Shown here: piece after piece, positions 57,866 to 64,000 of the stretch | Position numbering within the stretch: position 1 is the stretch's first letter | How the letters are laid out: each line of letters starts with the position of its first letter | From: a virus | Taxonomy: Duplodnaviria; Caudoviricetes | DNA: 64,000 bases | IMG/VR virus record: IMGVR_UViG_2744054422_000002 | Span: 1-64,000 of that record | Direction: 5' to 3' (one strand) | Notes under the pieces: generated by a model | Database searches by the model: none | Seen by the model: only the letters and a program-made list of their open reading frames with translations | Told to the model about the DNA's origin: nothing | Position numbers and translations under genes: made by a program

Positions 57866-58107
57866 TTATTCAGGCGCTGCGCGGCTTCCGTGCGCTCTCC
57901 CACTTCAACCGCAAGTGCGCGAATTGCCCGTTCTGCTACAGTCCGCGCCCCGCGCGTCTTTGAGCGGAGCGCGCGGCAGGGAGAGGCGCCGGCGGTTATG
58001 CCGCTACAGCGTCCGGACGGCAGGGGTCGCGCATCCCCGGCCGCCGGTGCCACCTCACCCGGCTTCCGGGCCCCCGCAACCCCGAGCGTGGGGGCCCGGA
58101 TCACTCC

Positions 58108-58365
58108 TCAGAACAGAGCGATCGTGTCGATACCCGGCGCCTCATCAGGCTCCCCGTCGTCCAGGCCGAGGTCGAGAGCGAGCTGCTCCCCCGGCACAGG
58201 CAAGTCCACGATCTCCAGCGACCCGGCGCAGGACACGAGGGCGTCGCCGAAGATCTCGGGCCGCTTCGTCGGGTCGTGTCGCCACAGGCGGCCCTTGCTG
58301 GGGCGTCCGGCGACTATCCCGGCAGCGATCGACCGGGAGCAGAACGCGCACTCAAGTCGGGGCAT
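58108..58365 (-). CDS. Small Cys/His hypothetical protein
   Basis: CAFCSR...WRHD...SCAGS. Confidence 0.55.
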   Translation of the reverse strand: MPRLECAFCSRSIAAGIVAGRPSKGRLWRHDPTKRPEIFGDALVSCAGSLEIVDLPVPGEQLALDLGLDDGEPDEAPGIDTIALF

Positions 58366-58459
58366 CTTCACACAAACCAGTGTGCCGATGCCCGGCCTGC
58401 CGCGTACAGCAGACCGGGCATCAGGGTCATCAGTCAGGCTGATGTTGCAGGGAGTACGT

Positions 58460-59251
58460 TCACCTCGTGTGGGCTTCCATGGCCTTCGCGGCCTCGCACA
58501 GCGCCTTCAAGTCGCTTAGGAAGTGCCGCATCACGGCAACCCCAGCTCGCTCGGGATCGGGTGACCGCCTCCACGGATTCCGGCCGTCGCCCAACAGTTG
58601 CTCCGCCGCCTGGTGGCCAGCGGTCTCCGTGGGCTTATCGATCCAGTCGCCGGTCAACTGGCCGCGCACCCCGTCGTCGAACCTCTTCCACTGGGTTTTC
58701 ACTCCAGTCCGCCACAACCGCATTTCCTGCACCTCGTCACTGCGGCGATGGAACGATGCAAAGTTGTCGCGGTGAAAACGTGCCGGAAATAGCGCTCCGA
58801 AGGCGGCGAAAAAGACGCGAACGGCATCGACCCGCGCCGGGTCTTCGGGGCGCATGAGTCGGATGTCTGCGATCTGTTCGGACAGGTCTTGCACCCTGTC
58901 GGCGACGTCGTCGAGGCCGCGGCCGTTGAAGGGATCAAGCAGGCTCGCCACGAAGCTGGCAACCCCGGCCGCGGCCCGGGCGCGGACTAGTTCGGTCTCT
59001 CGGAACTCGGCCTGGGTCCTGGTCAGGTAGTCCAGCCCCACGAGCGCGAAGGGCACACCGAAGCAGGCACCAGTCAGGCCCGAAAAGAGGTTCAGGAGGT
59101 AGCCGTGGCGCGGCCACCAGTTGACGGTGTCGAGCCACACGCCAAGCCCGATGAGGGCGAGCCCGACAGGAATGCCGACGGATATGACGATGCGGGTAGT
59201 CCGCGGTTGTGTTCTCAGCCAGTTACCCGTCCGCGTGATCAGTTGCGGCAC
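58460..59251 (-). CDS. Hypothetical protein with two N-terminal TMs
   Basis: GIPVGLALIGLGVWLD...GACFGVPFALVGL. Confidence 0.65.
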   Translation of the reverse strand: MPQLITRTGNWLRTQPRTTRIVISVGIPVGLALIGLGVWLDTVNWWPRHGYLLNLFSGLTGACFGVPFALVGLDYLTRTQAEFRETELVRARAAAGVASFVASLLDPFNGRGLDDVADRVQDLSEQIADIRLMRPEDPARVDAVRVFFAAFGALFPARFHRDNFASFHRRSDEVQEMRLWRTGVKTQWKRFDDGVRGQLTGDWIDKPTETAGHQAAEQLLGDGRNPWRRSPDPERAGVAVMRHFLSDLKALCEAAKAMEAHTR

Positions 59252-59482
59252 AGCCCCCCCCTAACTCGTTTGCACTACGCGGACGTTAGCGCACGCTCAG
59301 AAGTCGCGGGTCGACGATCTCCAGGAGCCGTCGCAACACGCGAGGACGCGGGGCGGCGGCCGTGCGGCTTGAAGTCGGAGCCACGGGGGCCGCCCACACC
59401 CGTCACTTCCCGATCCTCCGCCCGTAGGCGGCCGCTGCGGCCGCTCGCCGGCCCGCGCAGCCACCCCGCCGGATCCGGAGAT

Positions 59483-60514
59483 TTAGAACACGCCTTGGCA
59501 CTGCTCCGGCGACCGCATGCCGTGAGTACAGGCCCAGCGGATGACGTTGATGACTTTGATCGAGACCCGCTGTGCATGCGAGCCGGACCCGTCGGGCGGT
59601 CCCCCGTCGGTGACGAGAGGCTTGGTGTTGAGTTTTGCCTGGTGTTGCTGGTTGTCGTCCGTCGTGAATTCAGCCTTCAGATCCCATGTACAGCGCTTGC
59701 CCGCGTCAGCAGTACCCAGGACGCTGAGCGTCTGAGCATCCGCCCCTCCACCGAGCGTGATCGTGTGGTGAGCGAAGTAAGGCTGACCCCAATTCGGCGA
59801 GTCCACGTCCGAAACATCCAGCAGCTCCCGCTCCCTTCCGAGCCGGAAGGCGACGGCACTGATTGTCATCTCACCTTCGGCCTTACTGTCGACTGCAGCA
59901 ATCATTTCAGACCTGTCACATCTGATGTTCACCGCCTCAATAGCAGTTACCGTGATCATGGCGTCGCTGTCGCTGACGAGATCTACGAGGTAGACCTGCC
60001 CTGACCCGCCTGGATCGGTGTAGCCCACTGACAGATCTACAGCGGGTGTGCCGCCCTTCACGCTGTCGGCCGAGCTGTACTCGCCGCTCTGAAATCCTTT
60101 GATCTGACGGGGGCTCAATTTTTTCCGGTAAAAGGTTTCGTACGGAGCGCGGTAGTAATCGCTCTTCATGGGCCGGATCGAGGCGTGAATGAAGCCCTTC
60201 TCCGCATTCAACTCGTCATGGAGGTTTTCGGCGTGCCGCTCCGTCCGTTCAGCGGTGCACTGCCCCCAAAGGAATTCGGTGGTGAGGGTCAAAACGACGA
60301 TGAAGGCGGCCTTGCTCAGGGAGATTCCCCAACGCGCGATCCGTCGTCTTCTCGGTGTGCCGCTTGAGTCCGGGTCGAGCGTGTTCACTACGAACCGTAA
60401 CTCCCGCCTGAGCCAGAGCCGTAGCCGCTCCCTGCGGCTCGGTCCAGTCGGCTGCGGTCCTGGCTGCGGGTTCGGCTGTGGCTGCGGGTTCGGCTGCGAC
60501 GACGTAGTACTCAC
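59483..60514 (-). CDS. Membrane-anchored hypothetical protein
   Basis: PQ-repeat N-terminus, one TM, beta-rich domain. Confidence 0.6.
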   Translation of the reverse strand: MSTTSSQPNPQPQPNPQPGPQPTGPSRRERLRLWLRRELRFVVNTLDPDSSGTPRRRRIARWGISLSKAAFIVVLTLTTEFLWGQCTAERTERHAENLHDELNAEKGFIHASIRPMKSDYYRAPYETFYRKKLSPRQIKGFQSGEYSSADSVKGGTPAVDLSVGYTDPGGSGQVYLVDLVSDSDAMITVTAIEAVNIRCDRSEMIAAVDSKAEGEMTISAVAFRLGRERELLDVSDVDSPNWGQPYFAHHTITLGGGADAQTLSVLGTADAGKRCTWDLKAEFTTDDNQQHQAKLNTKPLVTDGGPPDGSGSHAQRVSIKVINVIRWACTHGMRSPEQCQGVF

Positions 60515-60599
60515 GGATACCCCCGATGTGTGGCGACGTGGAGCCTAGCCAGACATCCAGCGCCCATCGTGACCTTTACAGAATCTCCCTTCTCCCAGT

Positions 60600-62192
60600 T
60601 CACACCCCGATCCGCCGCCCATACGCGGCTGCCGCGCCGCTCCCCGGCCCAGCCCGGCCGGTCTGGCCCGGCTGCGGGGCCCGCGGGAGCGGCGGGTGAA
60701 CGATGGCACCCTTGTTGGCCTCGGGGATCAGGCCGTACACGAGGATGCACGAGGCGTCGATCCGGCCCGGCGAGTTCGGGTCGGTCGACATCCACGTCGC
60801 CCACTCGTTCTCCAGGTCGGTGAACATGCCGCGCAGCCGGACCCGGTCCTGCACCATCTGCTGGGCGATCGGCTCGGCGCGCAGCAGCTTGCCCTGCTTC
60901 GCGAACACCATGTCGATGCCCGGCATGAGGACGTTCTTCGGGATGACCCCCTCGCGCTGGAGCGTCTCCCACGACGTGCGGATGGCCAGCACGCACATGT
61001 CGCGGCCGTAGTTGGCCTCGACGTAGATCACGGCCGCGTTCGTCTCGTACGCGAGCAGGCAGGCCGCGGTGGACCACTCGGCCGACGACATCGCAGCCGA
61101 CCGGTCGTGCGTGACCCAGACCCGGCTGTCGTCGCCGACGAAGCCGCCGATGACGCCGGCGACGTCCCGGCCGCCACCAGACGGGTCGACCGACACGGCG
61201 ATCTTCTGCGGCTCGACGACCGTGACCGCGTCACGGATGAGGCGCAGCAGGTCGCGGGAGACCAGGGCTCCTTCGGCGGGCTGCGGGTCGCCCTGCGCCA
61301 TGGAGTGCCAGTCGCGGACGCTGGACGTCTTCTTGACGTCCGCCCACCAGGCGAACAGCGCCCGCCGGTTCTTCGTGCGGATCTTCGGGTGCGGCAGCGG
61401 GTCGCCGTCCTCACGGCCGAGCGGGTCGGGCCCGAACTTGCTCGGGTTGGCGATCGCCGGGAGGTGGACGACCTTCCACCGGCCGCCGTCCTCCAGCCGG
61501 CCTTCCTCCTCCAGCCGCCTGCCGCAGAAGTCATCGGGGTGCCAGCGCGTTTGGGCCACGACGACCGCGTTCCGGTCGGGCTGCAGTCGCTTGAGGGCGG
61601 CCGATGACCACCAGTCATGTACGTGCTCGCGCTGTCGGGGTGACTCGGCGTCGGCGCGATCTTTGTGTGGGTCGTCGACGACCAGCACGTTCACGTCGAA
61701 GCCGGTCAGGCCCGAGCCGATCGACACCGAGCGGACGCCGCCGCCCGCGGTGGTGTCGTAGTCCTGCGCGGCCGATGAGCCGGCGAGGAGCGCCAGGTCG
61801 TACTCGTCGCCGTAGTCGGTGATGTACCGGCGGATCGTCTTGCCCCGGCGCATGGCGAGGTCATCGGAGTACGAGGTGACGGCGACGCGGTCCTCACCGT
61901 GCAGGCACAGCCACCAGAACGGGAACCACTCGGCCGCCAGGGACGACTTCCCGACCTGGGACGGCGTCCAGACCATCAGCCGGTCGTACTCGCCCTTCTC
62001 CAGGCCGACGAGGGCCTCGGCGATGACCCGCAGGTGCGGGCGCACGCGGTACACCCTCTCCAGTCCCCGGGCCAGCGTGACCGGGTCGCACAGGAGATCC
62101 CGCGCCATCGCCTTCTTCGCAGCCTGGAGCCGCTGGTACACCTCGGCGTCGTCGAGGTGCGCCAGCTCATCGACGTTCTGCGGCTTGCTCAC
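60600..62192 (-). CDS. Terminase large subunit
   Basis: TPSQVGKSS Walker A, VLVVDDPHKD Walker B, QTRWHPDD, VSVDPSGG, SPGRIDA. Confidence 0.9.
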   Translation of the reverse strand: MSKPQNVDELAHLDDAEVYQRLQAAKKAMARDLLCDPVTLARGLERVYRVRPHLRVIAEALVGLEKGEYDRLMVWTPSQVGKSSLAAEWFPFWWLCLHGEDRVAVTSYSDDLAMRRGKTIRRYITDYGDEYDLALLAGSSAAQDYDTTAGGGVRSVSIGSGLTGFDVNVLVVDDPHKDRADAESPRQREHVHDWWSSAALKRLQPDRNAVVVAQTRWHPDDFCGRRLEEEGRLEDGGRWKVVHLPAIANPSKFGPDPLGREDGDPLPHPKIRTKNRRALFAWWADVKKTSSVRDWHSMAQGDPQPAEGALVSRDLLRLIRDAVTVVEPQKIAVSVDPSGGGRDVAGVIGGFVGDDSRVWVTHDRSAAMSSAEWSTAACLLAYETNAAVIYVEANYGRDMCVLAIRTSWETLQREGVIPKNVLMPGIDMVFAKQGKLLRAEPIAQQMVQDRVRLRGMFTDLENEWATWMSTDPNSPGRIDASCILVYGLIPEANKGAIVHPPLPRAPQPGQTGRAGPGSGAAAAYGRRIGV

Positions 62193-62824
62193 TCCTCGGT
62201 GTCGTCCTCGCCGCCAGGGTCGGGCAGACCGTCGTCGTCCTCGTCGTCGGCTCCGTCCAGCGCCCTGGTACGCCGCTGCACGGCGGCGGCGAGGTCAGCC
62301 AGCCGTACGCGCCGCTGCTCCGCGGGCATCTGGGCGAACTCGGCGAGCTGCACGGCGAGCGGGTTCCCGCCCGGGCCGGTGACCGCGATCGTGGCCGCCG
62401 GGTCGCCGAACAGGACGCGCCGGTGCCTCATGGCGACGTCGAGCAGGCGGATGAAGTCGCCCACGGTCATCTTCTGCGCGTCGAGCGTGCCCAGGCGCTG
62501 CGCCAGCTTGCCGACGGCCGCGCCCAGGATCCTCGCGTCGCTCTCGGCGGCTTTCCGGCGCTCCTCGACCCATCCGGCCTCGTAGAGCCGGTCCAGGTGC
62601 CGGTCCCACGCCTCGGCTCGCTCACGCCACCGGAAGCGGGCCGCCGCCTTCCGGACGGTGACCGCGTGGAGCTGTAGCCCGTCCGCAGCCTTCTGTAGGG
62701 TCCGTGTCCGGCCGAGGTCACGGTAAGTGATGAACTGGCCGTGTTTGCGGGCGGTCTCGTCGGGTTGCTGCTCCCATGGGTCGAGGGTCGTACTGAGCGT
62801 GATCGGGGGCTGGTTGGCGGTCAT
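62189..62824 (-). CDS. Putative terminase small subunit
   Basis: PWEQQPDET...YRDLGRTRTL...WRERAEAWD; VTGPGGNPL; overlaps the TerL start. Confidence 0.7.
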   Translation of the reverse strand: MTANQPPITLSTTLDPWEQQPDETARKHGQFITYRDLGRTRTLQKAADGLQLHAVTVRKAAARFRWRERAEAWDRHLDRLYEAGWVEERRKAAESDARILGAAVGKLAQRLGTLDAQKMTVGDFIRLLDVAMRHRRVLFGDPAATIAVTGPGGNPLAVQLAEFAQMPAEQRRVRLADLAAAVQRRTRALDGADDEDDDGLPDPGGEDDTEE

Positions 62825-62829
62825 GGCGG

Positions 62830-63726
62830 TCAGGCCGGGATGTCGAGGTACTGGCGGGCCCACAGTTCGAGGGCCTTGTGGCGGTGCTCGGCGGGGATGT
62901 CGCCACGGGCTACAGCCTGCTGTAGTGCCTTTTCGACGGTGGCGGCTGCCTTGGTGGGCATGGCGTCGGTGTGGAACAGGGTGGTGAGGGGAGCCATGCC
63001 GTGGTGGCGGGGTTCGCCTGTGTCCTGGTCGAACCAGCCGTCGGTGAGTTCGGGGGCGTGGGCTTTGAAGGACTCCAGGATGATGCCGAGGGCTGTGGCG
63101 ACGTTGGTGACGTCGTAGCTCTTGGAGGCGAGGTCGAGGGCGCCCATGGTCTGGTCGTACTGGCGTAGGGCGGCGACCCATACGGCGTCGGAGGAGGCGG
63201 CGAGGCCGAGGGCGTCGCGGAGGACGTCTTGGGCTTCCTTGAGGTCGTCGGGGAGGAACACGATCGCGAGGGTCTGGAAGGTGAGGTTGGCTTCGCCGAG
63301 TGAGGGGCTGTCGAGGTCGGCGAGGAGTTCGAGGGTGGCGTCGTCGATGCCGGCGTACTGGCGGAGGTCGATCTCGTCGATCTTCTCGTAGATCGTCTTG
63401 AGGATGGCGAGGTCGTCTTCGCCCGCGATGGCGTTGTGGCTGACCTGGAGGGCGAGGCGCTTGCTCTCGGTAAGGCGGTCGCTGGTCTCCAGCCAGAAGA
63501 TCTCTTCGAGTCCGGCTTCCACGGCGGCTTTCACGCGGTGGTTGCCGGACAGGATGTGGCGTACGCCGGTGTCGACGTCGTGCCACACGAACGGCGTGGA
63601 GGTGAGGGTCTCGTCTTCGCGGAGGTTCGAGACGAGCTGCTGGTACTGCTCGTGCCGCATGTAACGGGCGTTGAGTTCCAGGGACTTGAGCGTCTTCGGG
63701 TCGCCCTTGGCGATGTCGACCTTCAC
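62830..63726 (-). CDS. ParB/Srx-N domain protein
   Basis: NARYM...ILSGNHRVKAA...QVSHNAIAGEDD. Confidence 0.75.
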   Translation of the reverse strand: MKVDIAKGDPKTLKSLELNARYMRHEQYQQLVSNLREDETLTSTPFVWHDVDTGVRHILSGNHRVKAAVEAGLEEIFWLETSDRLTESKRLALQVSHNAIAGEDDLAILKTIYEKIDEIDLRQYAGIDDATLELLADLDSPSLGEANLTFQTLAIVFLPDDLKEAQDVLRDALGLAASSDAVWVAALRQYDQTMGALDLASKSYDVTNVATALGIILESFKAHAPELTDGWFDQDTGEPRHHGMAPLTTLFHTDAMPTKAAATVEKALQQAVARGDIPAEHRHKALELWARQYLDIPA

Positions 63727-64000
63727 TTCTTCACATCCTTGCCGTATCGCTTCTTCCACTCGGCGAGCACGTCGGCGAGCGGCTTCCCGGAGAAGGGGGC
63801 CCCGTACTGGAGTTGGAACTGCTGGGCGTAGTACGAGTCGTTCGCGTCGATGCCCTTGGCCCAGTCCTCTTTGAGGACGTCCTTCTGATCGCGCTTCAGC
63901 AGGCGTAGGACGCCGCGGTACTTCATCGACACCGGCCGCTTCGTGAACGCCGTGGTGGCGAGGGACTGGTAGCGCCGGTGGCCGTGCCGCCACGCGAGGA
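63723..64000 (-). CDS. C-terminus of a possible phage DNA-modification protein (partial)
   Basis: TTAFTKRPVSMKYRG; coupled to the ParB-like gene; truncated by the window edge. Confidence 0.4.
   Translation of the reverse strand, partial: LAWRHGHRRYQSLATTAFTKRPVSMKYRGVLRLLKRDQKDVLKEDWAKGIDANDSYYAQQFQLQYGAPFSGKPLADVLAEWKKRYGKDVKK

Larger units (their letters stand above)
2091..64000 (-). mobile_element. Prophage, siphovirus-like with long non-contractile tail; continues beyond the window
   Basis: Co-oriented terminase, portal, protease, capsid, tail, tape measure and endolysin genes ending at a tRNA-derived att; no sheath gene. Confidence 0.9.

Noticed and set aside
57866-58519. C-terminal extension of ORF 57341..58519
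   Set aside because: Beyond the DUF6233-like part it overlaps opposite-strand genes and looks non-coding.

Overview
High-GC actinobacterial (Streptomyces-like) DNA, mostly the late region of a temperate siphovirus-like prophage on the minus strand. The prophage ends at a tRNA-Pro 3'-half att core (2091-2127) and continues past base 64000. Gene order from right to left: possible DNA-modification gene and ParB-like gene, terminase subunits, a ~13 kb inserted island (type I R-M, M48/YgjP-like gene, PIN protein, broken PT-binding nuclease remnant), CxxC membrane protein, portal, MuF/2H/protease fusion, two capsid-type proteins, very Cys-rich modular fibre-like proteins, tail genes, endolysin, and a LexA-DBD-only gene. 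The strongest unexplained signal is a 20-nt motif (minus strand GCCGCTGGTTNTGGGCCGGG) in ten copies. Each copy lies 6-12 nt after a TANNNT -10 hexamer and 24-32 nt before a start codon, and in most copies its 3' end runs into an RBS-occluding hairpin. This suggests an RNA-level, toehold-like switch controlling the late genes. All product calls come from motif recognition and gene context; no database searches were run.
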